Assembly: GCA_030141605.1 (NCBI GenBank)
Contig: JAQGDQ010000425.1
Span: 135,822 to 199,821 of the forward strand
Source: Tubiluchus corallicola
Taxonomy: Eukaryota > Animalia > Priapulida
DNA length: 64,000 bases
Direction of reading: 5' to 3'
The position numbers and the translations under genes are program-made. Shown one piece after another: positions 15,153-29,245 of the stretch (its first letter is position 1; every line of letters starts with the position of its first letter). The notes beneath the pieces were generated by a model that saw nothing but the letters and a program-made list of their open reading frames with translations, searched no databases and had not been told where the DNA came from.

Positions 15153-16195
15153 CAAAGGTCACTTAAGTCATGGGACAGTTCAAAATATATCTGCAATTTT
15201 TATCAGTGAAGAAAAAGATACTGAGAGCTGTACAGACTTGTCAGAAACAATGTGTACAGACTTGTCAGAAACAATGTGTTTAGCACTCGATTCTACAAGC
15301 TATTGACTAAGTACTGCATGCCTCTGAGCAGTTAAACTAAACTGCTATAAAAAACTTGCTTTGAAAATGAAAACACGAATTGGTCTGTTCGTATAAATTT
15401 TCGCTCCCACCCACCTGCTGAAACGAACTCAAGCTGTTTCCACCCACCTGCTCAACTGTACTCGTACACACATGGGTTTATTATCAAGAAAAACTCACTG
15501 CAGAAATAAGCTAACTGTATTAAAACAACGTATGGCAAATAATATAACATCTGCCTCGCATCTGCCTTTTCTTTTATAATCGTAAACATGAGGCTCGAAT
15601 TACAGTCAATATAATAAGTTTGGTTATAGCACGACATTTGCAATTTTGTGCTGAAAATAATTTCACAAAATCTGTTTAGAACTCACGATAATTAAGCTTA
15701 ATTAATAATTCAATATCACGAATTATTGAATTGCTACACGAAAAATTAAGTTAAATTCTTAACAGAAAATTGAAATAGATGAAAATTCAGTTGTCGGAAA
15801 TATTTTTTATTATAATGCATGGTCCATTGAGAACCAAACGCTTTAATTTTCTTAATTGCAAAGAATTAATGAGCTTGTTGAATTATCCGACAACTAATTA
15901 ATCCTTTTATCTATTTATGTTTTTATTACGTGCTGATTGTGAATTTTTCAAATGTACACCTTACTTCTGTGCATAATAAATGAATCTCTGTTTTGTTGTG
16001 CGGAAGATGTAAAGTCGTAAGCTTAGCTTGTTAAAACTTAATTATATTAATTCAGGACATGGTCCCAAAGTAACTCAATACTTATTTCCAAGGTGGTCTC
16101 GATTATTATTACCCGCATGTTACTTCGATAAACCCGTGTGCTTGGTCAACGGATCGGCGGTACTGTTTTTTTTAACTCTTTGGTATTTTATATTA

Positions 16196-16264
16196 CTCGG
16201 TGGGGAGCTGAACCCGCGACCTCCCAGATGGGAAGCCAGCACGCTACCACTGAACTACGCCACC
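16196..16264 (-). pseudogene. tRNA-derived sequence (Gly-CCC-like pseudogene or SINE head)
   Basis: Minus strand GGTGGCGTAGTTCAGTGGTAGCGTGCTGGCTTCCCATCTGGGAGGTCGCGGGTTCAGCTCCCCACC has a good A box and D arm, a TTCCCAT loop and a degenerate B box. Anticodon and acceptor stems pair poorly. Confidence 0.6.
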
Positions 16265-17329
16265 CACCAATTGTGTTAAATCCGTTGACACTCTGTGCAT
16301 TCATTCTTTTAAACGGTAATTTAATAAACGATACGTACACGTATAGCTAAATCAGAAAAATACACAGTGTCAGACCACCACCACCACCACCACCATCATC
16401 ATGCAACATGCTAATATTGTAAGGTAATAAACCAGAAAAATACACAGTATCAGGGAACCAAAACTATAATAAAGCAAGTCGTTTAGTACGTGTAAAATAG
16501 AGATTTCTTCAGTAGTTACCGTCGCCAATGGAAAGCTTGATCAGCACCTGATACTGTAATACTGATTACTGCGAAATTAATTGCCCACACGAAAAATATA
16601 AAATTTGAAAATACCAGGAAACGTATCATCGAAATAAAAATGATTCAAAATTAATTAAAAAATTTACTTGAATAGAAATTCATAAAGATCAAAAATTTAG
16701 TAAATATTTTTAGAAGAAAAAACAGTTCCTGAGCAGAAGAAAAGTATTGGACAAAAGGTAATGAAGGTACAGACTGCATAGTTTAACAACGCTTAAAAAA
16801 CCACATTCAAAGTCATTTATTCAAAGCTTTGCAAGTGGAAGTAGTAAATGTTTAGGCGCACATACTTTAGGCCAGGGCATTAATATTGATACCCCCAAGA
16901 ACTATTGCTGACAGGGTATGTAAATATTGGAACTTAGTACTTCACATACAAATAATGCTCAGCAGGTTACTTGTATATACCACAGCTATTCTACAATAAA
17001 TCATAAATCAAGCATCGCCAAAGACATACGTAGCACATATATCGCAGAATGAGTGTAAAGGTGTAGATATACCTGCTAAGCGTAAAATTTATTTGCGCAG
17101 ACGAGCAAAACTTGTTCAATTGCTGTAGCTTATCTGAAAATACTTGCACACGCCTAAGGCATTTCCTGATATTCACTCAAAAGGATTGTCTGTTTGGTTT
17201 AGGTTCGAACCGAGTTCACTAATAGTAGGACGAAGAAAAAGAAGAGGGCAGTATGAAAGAAGGATGAAAAACACGATATAACTCTATCATCATCATCATC
17301 ATCATCACCATCGTCGTCGTTGTCGAACA

Positions 17330-18180
17330 GATTAGATTAGATTTATTTCTCACAAAAAGCCATGTACATTCAACGGTACAAAACAATAATTGGAAAATGA
17401 CAACAAACTAATTGCTTACAACACTTCAATGTGTGCTGAAAAAATCTTGTAAGCACTACATTGATAGTGAGAAAGGGTTAGGCAAAACAAGGTAGAGTTT
17501 AATATTGGGATGTGTATAGAGCAGAATGAGATTAGAAGTGCAGGTTAGTCAAGGGAGGTTAAGCAATGTAATATGTACATTATAATTATAGAAGCCATCT
17601 CGAGAGGTTAAATACATTACATTAATTATATGTACATAATAGATTATGCATTACACAACTGCTAATTAAAATAAACATAATAGACGACAATGCCGAACTG
17701 ACAGTTCACAAAGATATACGTTAAACACATATATTATATATTAACAAAATGAACAAAAAAACACATAAAAACACAGGCAATCAATAGTTTTACTAAACAG
17801 ATAATTTTTCATTTCTTTCTTAACTTGTAAATTGAATGAACTTGTTATACAGCTACAGGAAGAGAATTAAAGATTTTAGGTGCAGTTATGCTTATAAACT
17901 CTTTCATTGTATAGGTTCTTAAGTGCGGTATAATGTATTCATTAAATCTGGTGTTATGGACTTTTGTGCTTAGACTCACTGGATTTGCAAAGAAATTACG
18001 CAACAGTTTGTTATGGGTCGTATACATAAAGGTACAAACATTGCAAGGCACGAGATCACCAATCATTAACATCCGACAGTCTTTAATAAATAGTTTAAAG
18101 AGTTGTGCAACAACAGGTTGGCAATATGATAAACAGTAATTAATTCTTCCAGAGTTGGTTTAAGATCTTTTAAGTTCATG
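17330..18180 (-). mobile_element. 3' remnant of a non-LTR retrotransposon (CR1/L2-like)
   Basis: ORF 17845..18072 contains HNTR...IPHLRT...ISITAPKIFNSLP, typical of the LINE ORF2 C-terminus. The minus strand ends AATAAAT followed by (CTAAT)n near 17330. Confidence 0.7.
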
Positions 18181-18241
18181 CAACATGCTAATATGCCTTA
18201 CAAGCATTAGCCAATTAATGATAAAAAACTTGTCAACTTAC

Positions 18242-18293
18242 TGTTGTACATCCGGGCTTTTCTAACAGACGCGTTTCTTCGTATTTTACTCAT
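18242..18293 (-). CDS. SRGAP: Candidate alternative first coding exon of SRGAP (MSKIRRNASVRKARMYN, phase 1)
   Basis: ATG at 18293, 17 codons + 1 nt, then consensus donor GTAAGT at 18241. Same phase as exon 1 at 43972. Resembles the R..S.RK...[FY]N|NIR N-terminus I recall for arthropod SRGAPs. Confidence 0.6.
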
Positions 18294-20166
18294 TATGAAT
18301 TTTGACACTATATAAGCAGTTAAAAGATAATACCGAAACTTGTTTAAAAGTTAAAATGTTGTCCTTCTCTGTAATTAGACGTTTCAACTTGCTAACTGTG
18401 CGCTTATATAAGATACGGAAAATGGTGTAAAAACTCCAAGAATCTTCTGAATACACGTATATATACTTCGTCTTAGGAACGAACAGTACTGTAACACACG
18501 TAATGCAGTAACACAGTTGTCTGCAACGTGCTAAAACTAACCACTTCACTTCACTATAATTCTAAGAAACATAGCCACAAAGGTGCACAATTCAAGTCAA
18601 TGCTGAATTAATAATAACTAAATCGTTTCTACTATAAACTAATATGATGTAGTAACTCTCCAAAAGAATCAACTACATTCAAGCCAAAAACACATGTACA
18701 CACACTGTCACTGAATTCGAAGCCACATAAATTGTTTGTACTTTGACTTACGTATAGTGCTGCGACAAAATTGAAAATTTGTTTATCTTTGTAAGTCAGC
18801 TTTCACAACACTGCCAGAGTTTCATGACAAATTCACGTAAACTGACCCTCGCGAACCGACACACACATCCGACTATTATTTCAAACAGTGGCGGGTAATC
18901 TATAGTCTGTCGGATCACAGCAGCTCATGTGAAGAAAATTCAGCAACTCTGCACCGGCAATATTATTAATATAACACTATAATCAAGAATTTAATATAGC
19001 TGCGTACAGAGAGACGTTTTCTATGGCACTGACGGCAGTCAATTCTGATAGCTCGCGTTTGAACTTCGTGTATTAATCCAGCGTTGTTGCGTAAAGTAAA
19101 TAACTGCTTTATGATGACATGTTGCTAGAGCTTAACCGCCATTAACATGTACACGTGGGTCCATACTCTACAGCAGTAGCAAGGTTATCTGCGGGCGGAT
19201 CTAAGTTCAAATCATGGAGTTCAGGGCACCACAAGTGGTAAGGTTATAAGCTAGCTTAATCCTACGTGAGACGCGTAGAGTTCACCGAATTTTCAACCAC
19301 TGTTCAACACACCCCGCATGGTTGTAAAATGGCCGCCCACGTTCAAAATTCAAAACCAGATATTTTAAAAAAGTCGATTAGACTACCTTTTATTGTTGCT
19401 TAATATGTGTCCATTAAATGTTTAAGTCAGTAAGACTCACTCGCCCGAGGCTGACAAGTGAAATATGTTGAAATTATTTGCTACCGCAAGTGAAATAGGG
19501 TGCGCTGAATTTTGTAAAACCATTTATAAACTTGTTGAAATAGTTTAAAAAATTTGCTCCTCTTCTCAGCACAGCAGGGCCAGAAATTGTCCGCACTTTT
19601 CTCCCCAGAAATTTGTAGGAATGCGTAACATGTTTACGTAGTAAATATAAAGGTACTCTAAATGCATAGGCACTCGATCGCCATCTACACGCGATTTTTT
19701 AAGCTTGCACTAAGGTTTCGATGTTTTTATATTTTATAAGTGCCACCAAAATTGACAAATATTTGAGTTTTTTTAGTTTAAAATGCTTCAGCAGGTTCCA
19801 TCGAAATATAACTCAGTATAAACACTGCCACATGACCGCACCACTGCTGTTCCTAGTAGACGCAAAGCATTTACATACAAAAGGTGATTAGAGCTGCAGT
19901 CTGCACTTAGTTGACCAGAAAGATGTACTTAAAATGCGTCGACATTCGACATCCTTAGATTAGCTCTCTTAGAGATCTCGTTGACTGGTACATTGATGCT
20001 ACTAGTAAATCCCCTCTACTGCAACGCTTCTACAAAACACGATACACAGGATCCTGGAATTATATGCTGCACAAGAAGTGTAAGCCACACCGCAATCAGT
20101 CTCACTAATTGTCTTAGTAGCCAATGAAGGCGGTGGCATAACCAAGCAAAATGCGTATAACATATA

Positions 20167-20667
20167 TAGGGTGTCTCAAAAATCACTACACACTTTGATT
20201 TCGAATTTCCGTCCTAAAATTTTCTTTAATCATAGCAAGCTTTTACATAAATCAAAAGGGGCTTTGACAATTTTGTCCATTTACTTTTTGTCTGGAACTA
20301 CGTTGCTGTGATGGCGACAATAATGTTAGAAATAAGGTGTAAAATCAGCCTGGCATGAAGCCCTTCGATCACCAACTGGAGTTTAGCAGGCTCCCTTTCC
20401 CACCACTCATTGGTTGTGAGACACACTGAACGCAAAGGTGCCCGAGTTGCCACTGTTTGGCACTCCGAAGCTCTTGAGGTTCCTGAAGGAAGGAATGAAA
20501 ATAGCAAAGCCTACTGGTACAGTAGTTCTTTTTAGAAATTCGTCTAATTTGATTAAAAGAACTACTGAAGGGTTTTGTTTCTCTGTACCAATTTTCAAAC
20601 ATTCTACTTTGTTTATTAAAAAAAATATGGAAAATGTATAGTGTATAGTGACTTCTGAGCTACCCTG
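20167..20667. mobile_element. Tc1/mariner-type MITE, about 500 bp
   Basis: Imperfect TIRs TAGGGTGTCTCAAAAATCACTACACAC and (reverse complement) CAGGGTAGCTCAGAAGTCACTATACAC, flanked by TA at 20165-20166 and 20668-20669. Confidence 0.75.
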
Positions 20668-21415
20668 TATGTAACTAAAACACTTGTAAAAATTTGTACA
20701 ATTCATTAAAAAGTCAAAACTTTAGACTTTGCGAGTATAAATTCACTTTATAATAATGTATTGCTTACTAAACTGTTAGAGAGTTGTTGTATCACTACTG
20801 TTCTTTTAGAACTAATTACTCAGATTGCACTGAATACAGAATAATAGCAAACGCTACTGGCTGGCTGGCTGGCTGAGTAATATACTTCTATTTACACGAG
20901 CCTAGCGTTTTACAAAATACCGCCTGTGAATAATAGCTGTGATGCCAACGAAGCCAAATGGCAGACATCTACAATCATGTGGGATTCATAGACCCACAAC
21001 CAATTGATATTACCGCCCAGAGAATAATCCAATTTCTCCAACGTTGAAATATTAATAAATCTGTAATAACATGAATCGAGCAATAATAACAGCAGCACGG
21101 TGAAGCAGGGAGCTCTACACTGCAGAGCCTAAATGGACATCCAGACTTTTCTAGGTCATGGCACGCAGCCAGGCGGTACTTAATGAAGCCAGTGAGAGGA
21201 TCGAGAGCAGCTGATCATGACTGATTCACAATGCCAATTACACTTGTCTGGCTTCATGTAATTAGCCTCAATATGAAATAAACTGCACAGAATAACAAAC
21301 ACACCAAAATGGTGTAGGTACCATTTCTACACTCTATTATAGTACAACGTATAAAAGCGGTATATTAAATGTTTGAAGCGAGGCTACAGCTGCGCGGTCT
21401 TGGCTTACAGACTGC

Positions 21416-21458
21416 AGTTAAGCAGCACGAAGACTGGTCAGTGAATGGATAGCTGACC
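21416..21458 (+). repeat. 5S rRNA-derived internal promoter segment (SINE3-like head)
   Basis: AGTTAAGCAGCACGAAGACTGGTCAGTGAATGGATAGCTGACC aligns without gaps to the 5S A-box/IE/C-box region AGCTAAGCAGGGTCGGGCCTGGTTAGTACTTGGATGGGAGACC. The rest of 5S is absent. Confidence 0.5.
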
Positions 21459-23178
21459 TCGGGTTTCGCCACTCTCACTGGTATTTTTCGCTCGTCATGC
21501 TGATTCAAGTTGTTCATTTTCTTGAGTGCGATGTGCTCACTGCTAAACGTAGCTCACTTCAGTGCGTCATCTTAGTGGATTGTCCTTTCTAACGAGTCAG
21601 ATTCAGTTCTGCCATTCCTACTAAGTAAACATTGCCACTGAGTGAACCATTATGGTGCACCGAATTTTATATAAAGCACAAATAATTTAAAAACATAGAC
21701 ACTATGTCCACAGAGAAGGTTTTCTATAGCACTCTATAGTAAAGAAGCAGCTCACAAGTAATGTGCTCATTTTTCAACTGCAAGGTCACAGGTTCGATTC
21801 CATCAAAGACATTATAAATTGTGCCTACTATTGTTCGCAAGGAATATGCGCCATGCAAAATTCTGGTAAGGCACCAGCAATTATTTGGAAGAGTATACAA
21901 GTGTCATGTACACATACATAAGCAAGAGTTAGGCTGTTTGAGATATTATTCTATAATATTTAACTAACATTTGACAGCTATTATCTACGATCCACCGAGG
22001 CATGTGATTCTTTAACTGGGTTCTTTAAAACACACTGCATGTGTTAATATGAATTTATCACGGACGGAAGACTTATATTACAACAAGACTGAAAATTCAG
22101 CCACCAGGGTGCAGCTTCAATCAGCATTATTGCGCGCTTAATCGCGTGTGTTTTTCGTGTATATAAAGGGTACAGTTTATAAACTTTGCTCATAAAAACG
22201 CAACTCCCAACCCCCTCTCTTACCACCAACGTAGAGCCGCCCCACGCAGAATTTATATATTAAATATTTATTTAATAAATGATATCCAGACGTATGATCC
22301 AGGCTCTAGCGTGCATGTAAGAGTCATTAATTCAACCCATCCTTCCATTAATTAATTAGCAGCAACAGAGAGAGCCGGAAACGGAAAGAATATGCCGAAG
22401 TCAAAAACGAAGGAAGGCCGGGAAGCAAAGGGAGAGATATCAAATCAATGTAAACATACTAAGCCGGTAAACATACACATTCAGGACACACGATATCTGG
22501 ACGTCCCACAATGCACCTAAATTAGATCATGGCCACGTCCTTCACGCAGAGCAAAGTTGTGGGGAGTGAAAGTTCACGAGCGAAGGTAGAGAAAATAGTC
22601 AACTAGACCAATATATATTATAAACAAATGTATCTTGATTGAAATGAATTTAAGAACCTTACTAAATCAAACTTTTGTTTTTCTGCACACGGCCTCAATT
22701 AACACACCTGTAGGGAGCCAACAATGTCGCTAGCACCACCCTGCACTATCGGATAACCGGACAAGCCACATCGCCTTAACCATGACATAGTACATTATTA
22801 AGTAAAACTCTAATTATTAATTAATAAGCATCAATTATTTTTTAAACAAAACTCTTTCAGCACTCTTTTTAGTCACTAGACAAAATTGCATGAAATCCAT
22901 GCACATAGAAACCACTAATGATCAAGCATCATTTGCTTTCTAGAAACAGTTTGCATTGTGGCTAAAAAGTGTGAGAAAATTGTGTGGAAAATTACTTCAG
23001 TATCTTCAAAATTTCTGACTTGACATTTAATAATAAACTAACACAGAAAACTAATTTTCTAAGCCACATTTGAGAAAAAAATGAGCAGAAAAAATCAGAC
23101 ATTACTGAAATTTTGGTTATAAATAGTTACAGTAGACTCAGTCATAACACAGGAAAAAAGTCACAATTAATTTCAGCT

Positions 23179-23240
23179 GGGGTTAAGGTTAGAGTTGGGG
23201 TTAGGGGTTAGTGTTAGGATTTGCGTTAGGGTTTAGGTTA
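23179..23240. repeat. Degenerate interstitial (TTAGGG)n-like tract
   Basis: GGGGTTAAGGTTAGAGTTGGGGTTAGGGGTTAGTGTTAGGATTTGCGTTAGGGTTTAGGTTA; probably internal to a small DNA element. Confidence 0.6.
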
Positions 23241-23587
23241 TTTCTTTTTCCTTCACCTTTTCCCCGTGATTTTTTTAACATGGATTCGTTATAAATGGGC
23301 CAGAAAGATCTTGGTATAATTATACTTCGCTTCTTGGTTTGCGAATTGTTCAAAACTTCAAGAAAAAGGTTGGAGCTATTAACTTGCCTGCAGCCACTGG
23401 AAAGCCCATTTATTCTCGGTTCACAAATTTCACATCTGGATTTTGTATCCGGAAATTGTTTAGAAAACTTCACCACCTCTTGAGAATATCCGGCGATCCC
23501 AGCAGAGAAGCGGGATGATTGAAGTATGTAGAAACGGTAGCTGAAGGCTAGCGTATTGCCTAAAGTCGTGCTGACACGTACAGCACT

Positions 23588-24075
23588 ACGGCAACGGCAA
23601 AAGTGACAGTAGACTAGAGCAAGAGCGCACTGATATGCACGGCTACGCCTTATGGCCTGCAACGAAAGTAAAGTAACTGCAAATTATAGTAAAGGGGTGC
23701 TACCGTGAATACGACAATAGAGCTGCCGCAACGGCAACGGCAAAGTGACAGTAGATTAGTGTATGAGCGCACTGATATACACAGCTACGCCTTATGGAAT
23801 GCAGCGAGAGTAAAGCGACTGCAAATTATACTAAAGGGGGTGCACATGAATGCGACAATAAGGATACCGCAACGGCAACAGCAAAGTGACAGTAGACTAG
23901 TGTAAAAGGACACTGATATATACGGGTACGGGTACGGATACTGGTATGCAGTAAAATGCGTATAGCGACTACAACCTATACAAACTGGTTAATGGATGCG
24001 TAAACGAAAAACAGCAACATGGCAATGGCAAAAGCGTTACGGACTACCGTAAGCACACTAACATGCACATGACAA
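23588..24075. repeat. Tandem repeat, unit about 142 bp, about 3.5 diverging copies
   Basis: CGGCAACGGCAAAGTGACAGTAGAnTAG...CACTGATAT recurs at about 23588, 23732 and 23873, and in degenerate form near 24015. Confidence 0.85.
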
Positions 24076-24899
24076 TGGTATGGCAAAATCTTGTTTACTG
24101 ATTAATATGGCAATAATAATATTCCAACAAAAAAAAAGAGTTACAGACTATTGCGTAAGTTATGCCAGCAAACAAGCCACCAAAATTTATTTGAGACTAA
24201 GATATCCATAAAATGCGTGTAGATGCACTAACAGTACACAAAAAGGCAATGCAACAACAGTAAAATGGTTGCGGATTAGTGCAAGGGATTATGGGTGCCC
24301 TAACAATGTGTACAAGAACAATAACAACAATGGCAACGGCGTTGCAATATCCAGTTGAATAAGCAAGTACAGTTTATCCAGACGAGACTGAGACCGCTGG
24401 TTAGAAAAGCACAAAGAAAGACGAGGAAACCGCAAGCACGCATATTTATAATCAATCCCAGCAATAGCATATAATGAGAAAACTTCCCACTGCAGCACAT
24501 TAATATACATCTATTCATAGTCGGTGCGGAACTGTTTCTCATGAAATGCCAATTACTTCTGCAGGTCGGCAGGAAATCAGATTGCATGACTGTTATAATC
24601 TTTGCTGCCTGTCACAAGTGTTCTATATACGTCCATATTTACATATACCAGTAAATATTTCACATATTGCCATTTGATTTGTTACTTTAAGAAATTAAGG
24701 TTCATAAATTTTATGTAAAAACACGTCAACTAATTTAACTAGAAGTCACAAACCCGAATTTTATTCACTGTATTTATTTCATGTGCTTGTAAAATGGGTT
24801 AGTAAGTTTATGCTACGCTGATTTTCATTACATGCAAAGGACATTAGTCCATAAGGGACTATTCGATCAACTAAAATTATAACAATCACAAATTATAAA

Positions 24900-25300
24900 A
24901 GCTTAATTATGACTTACAGCAATTCTAGAATTACGCTTTTCCTAAAAGAATAAAAAGATCAGTTCACAGGTAGAATAATAAAACAACGTTTGTAAATATT
25001 TCTTGACTTTGCGGGAAAAAACAGCACGTTTCTAGTTATCATTAGTAAGGTCATTCCAAAGTTTGAATACCCATATATTAATGAATTTAATCCATTTCTT
25101 GTAGGTTTGACTAACGGGATTTTTAATTTCAAATCGCGTTTTTCAAGAATATATTGTGTTCCTTTCTCATACATTTGGCATCAGAGGGATTTATGTTATG
25201 GACTGATTTATAAACTTCTTTAAGCAAGTCTTATTCATACATAGTAATTGTACTTAGCACTTTCATGTTTTTTAGCAATGTTATTTATATTGAATTAAAG
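24900..25300 (-). mobile_element. Degraded LINE ORF2 3' fragment
   Basis: Peptide TQYILEKRDLKLKIPLVKPTRNGLNSLIYG resembles the YNLR...L.IP...T..YGLNS..Y.G motif at LINE RT C-termini. Boundaries approximate. Confidence 0.5.
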
Positions 25301-26633
25301 TCGGCACTTAATACTTTAGTTTGAATAAAATGTGGCCAAAATTAAAAAATTCAAACTTTACTCATTGTGCGGATATTAGAAATGTAAAATTTAATTGTTG
25401 TAACCAGCAGGTACCTCTATGCCTGTTATAGATTTATCGGCCACGTATGCCTGGTCCTTAAGAGCCTATAAACCATGGAAAATTTATTTTTATCGACGCT
25501 GAGGAATGAATCGATGGAAAGTGCTTTTTAAATGTTTTTAACAGATAACAGGCAGTATAAACAGGGATATAAAAAGCTTGGCTGGATAGCTGATATCACC
25601 ATACCACATGAGGTAGAGTTAGCTATCAGGAGTAGTATTTTGGCAGAAGCAGAAATGTTGTTCTTAACTTTCACAAGTATATAACCCAAGGTTAACTTGG
25701 TTGTTGCCCACTGCGCTTGAGATATCAAACACTTAAACAGCAGCACAATTGTTTTCTTGGCATTACTGTTTCATGTTGTTGTTGACGTCATTGTCGCCAT
25801 TGCCAGAAATCAAATTGCCTGGCTACTGTTACCATGGAATTACTGATTTCGTCTTGTTGTAGGCGTCACTGTAGTCAATGCCGTCGGCAGTTGTCGCAGC
25901 TTCTGTTGTGATCGGCCAAAGTTGCAATTACTTTAGCTTTGTTAACTCATTTAAACAAATTCAAGATGCTTGCAGATGCATGTTGACAATGTGAGAAAGT
26001 ATTTTTGGACCTTGGACGGATACGTAGCATTTGCCTAGGACGCAAAAACACAAGGTGGCTCAAGCTGGCAAGCAGACCACCACTATATAGTAAATGTTAA
26101 AGAAAACAGCATCTTACAAAAACTTAGGGTATACCTCGCTTAAATATTCAGTATAATTACAGCCATGATAATTGTATTGTTCAAGTGAGAAACAAAATAC
26201 AAAAGGCGTCTTTATGAACCTCTTTATAAAGAATATAGATTGTAGATCAAATAAGGCTATTTGAATATAATAGTTTTTTGGAACTTAAAAAAGTTAATCA
26301 TAAGATTACCTCAAGACCATCTAAACAACTGATTGAAATAAACAACCTTGAATCTTGAAAAAAAACAATTGATAAATAAATTTTGTATTATTTAACCCTA
26401 ACCCTAATTGGTCTCAGAAAAACTTCAGGGATTTCTGAGTTTGTTAAATCAAAACTGGACCCAATCCTTGGTCAAAACAATGTACTCTTTAAAATACTGA
26501 AAGGAAACATAATTTTTTTTTCAAAAATGACATACGTGAAAGAATTATTACCACACAAACACAATTTCGCATTTGTGCGACTAGTTCCTCGCTGTTACAT
26601 GCATTTCGCCATTCACTAGTTAGGCGGGCACAA

Positions 26634-27059
26634 GCCCCTGCATTTCGGAAACGCATTGCAGAAAAAACAGGTGCTGTACCTCTCAGTTTAAATGTGTTTG
26701 TTTCTTACGAACCACACACGTTCGATAGCTCATGCGTGAGCACAGCGGCAAATTCGAAATCTTAAATTTGAATTTTTATCTAAAGACTTACCTTGTTTTA
26801 GTCCTACGCATTGAATATCTTACAGTAGCACTGTACTTCAATTTTCGCTTTGGTAAACACGCGCAACACCCTTGTGGAACATTTTTGCTGTTTAAAATTA
26901 CGTTAGTTGTGATGTCATCAATAGTTGTGCTCGGCCTCCGTTAACTAAGGTTTTAATCTATTATTTAACTATCAGAAACGCTTTTGCAGTATTAATTGTG
27001 TTAAAATTATCGGACTTGAAAATAGGGTGATATATGAACATCATCCTGGCTTCCTTTAA
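26634..27059 (-). mobile_element. Non-autonomous DNA transposon fragment (Kolobok-like), copy 2
   Basis: Inverted homologue of 6467-6846; TTAA at 27056-27059. Confidence 0.65.
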
Positions 27060-27631
27060 GCCCTAAAAACCGAGTTAAAACTTTTGCAGAGGCTCCTGCT
27101 ATAATTATCAAAACCGACTTCTACAAAATTGAAGTTTCTATTATAACATTATTAGGTTCACAGTTCGTACTTTGCGTGTACGGTGGTTGGCACTACCTAA
27201 TTTCTTGTGTGCAACACTAATGTCAGCTATACAGCAACGCTGGGAAGAATTGAGATTGCTGGTTGTATAGGTGAACACCAATGATTTATGTGTTTAATAC
27301 ATTTCCTGGCGTGGGGGTCTCGTAAATAAGATCTGTCTGATTCAAGACAAAATCATTTCAACGGCATTAGTCAGCTTCTTAACATAAACACTGGAGAGAA
27401 CAGGAGCTTTCTCAACTTGCAAAGGAATTCCTTCAATGTCGAAATGTCGATATGAAAATAGATTATATAATCTGTTGGTGTTTAAACTATAGCATTCAAC
27501 AGCTCTCTGATCGTCAAGATCACTTGTTAGGCAGTAGTAACGATTTTCAGAATGTAATATAATAGATTTCGTAAACAATCGCATACTTTAGGAGAGCTGC
27601 CACAAGAAAGAGCTGTTTTTTGAGCATCTTA

Positions 27632-27893
27632 TGCATACGCTTAGCTCTACTGACCTTGACCTCTGACATGAATATTTGCATACGCTTAACTCTACTGACC
27701 TTGACCTCTGACATGAATATTTGCATACACTTAACTCTACTGACGTTAACCTCTGACATGAATATTTGCATACGCTTAGCTCTACTGACCTTGACCTCTG
27801 ACATGAATATTTTGCATACGCTTAACTCTACTGACGTTAACCTCTGACATTAATATTTGCATACGCTTAGCTCTACTGGCCTTGACCTCTGAC
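27632..27893. repeat. 45-bp minisatellite, about 6 copies
   Basis: Unit TGCATACGCTTAGCTCTACTGACCTTGACCTCTGACATGAATATT. Confidence 0.95.
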
Positions 27894-29245
27894 GTGGAGA
27901 TCAGCTAAACAGGCTCTGAGTTCTGACCAGAACTGATCACCTAAAAATTCTTCTCGTGTAGCTACAGTGGACCTGCGAGTTCACCATGTTTGGGAGATTT
28001 AACAGTCAAAGATTTTACACGTGAATTACAAGTTCTAAACACTATCAAAGATTGATGACCCTGACCTTTCAATTACGCTAAAATACGCCCATCACTAACA
28101 ATAATGCAACACAAACAGCTGCAGGTCGGACCAGTTTTACACTTCAGCACAATGCAAGCTGGAATACAGCATTCAGGGCTTACTCAACGAAATATTTGTC
28201 GCGTGACTGGAGTCTGACTCACCATCATGAGCCACTGTACCAGCAGAGGGCTCTCAACCAAGTTCAGATATATATACACCCCCGTTTAAGAATATCAGGC
28301 AAACAGCCAAGGATTACAACGCCCAGAGGGAGCATGGAGCCCATGATGGCGAGGCAAACAAAGAGTGCGTGTCTATCCATTCCAGCCAACCCATCTAAAC
28401 CACAAACTAATAGTATAATAGTAGCTAGGCGAAATTTCTCCAAAGCCTGGATATAACTTTTAAACGTTTTGGTCAACTTCTAGCTTTCGAAAAGGACATC
28501 TATATATAGACTTCTTTGTTACACAGTTAATCGGAGTAATTAATTGGCTTCTCTCCTTTCTCGTCAAAATCAATGAGAAGAGGAACAAAAAAACTGATAC
28601 TTTCTGAGATAAACATCTATAAATTGGCAGTTAGCGAAAACATAAACAGTATTCATTTTCCTGCCACGTGCAGAAGCCAATAAAGGTAGTTCTTTTATGG
28701 CACTTAATATGAGCTGCCAGCTCGTCAGCAATGAAGCCACACATATTGGATCTTCTACACTATACAACAAGCTTTCAAAGGTTTGCAACTTACAAGTACT
28801 TTTATTTTGCTGTTTGCATTGTATGCAAATCCTACATAGATGACTTTTGTAGTATTTTAAATAGGTCATATTGTCCAAGTTGTTAATGTTGTCAGTTTTT
28901 GTTGACTATAAATTCACAAGTTTTGAATGGACTTCCAGCACTATCTTGCCCAAAAGTAAACTGGTTACCTTTTGCAGACTTTAACCAGTAACAGCTATAG
29001 TTACAATGCAAACACACCGCTCATGCCTTGCCATTTGACAGCAAAATTGATACAGTTTTAAAATTCGAAAAGACTTTCTGGTGTGTTACAAAAACCAAAT
29101 GTCTGGATAATGGAAAGGCAGTACAAGGTGATACTGGCAACGGCAGCGGTAGCAGCAAAACCAAATATGATTCAAACACAACGTGGTAAAGGAAAATGCA
29201 GAATTAATTTAAAATCGACAATTTGATAACACGAACCGTACTTAC

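Noticed and set aside
16196-16264. Functional tRNA-Gly gene
   Set aside because: Acceptor and anticodon stems do not pair and the B box is degenerate; kept only as a pseudogene or SINE head.
16991-17176. ORF containing KCL...LQQL, considered as SRGAP exon 2
   Set aside because: Lacks IR.QL.EQ, FF.....E..YS and a suitable phase-1 acceptor.
23179-23240. Telomere or chromosome-fusion scar
   Set aside because: Short, highly degenerate and in one orientation only; typical of transposon-internal tracts.
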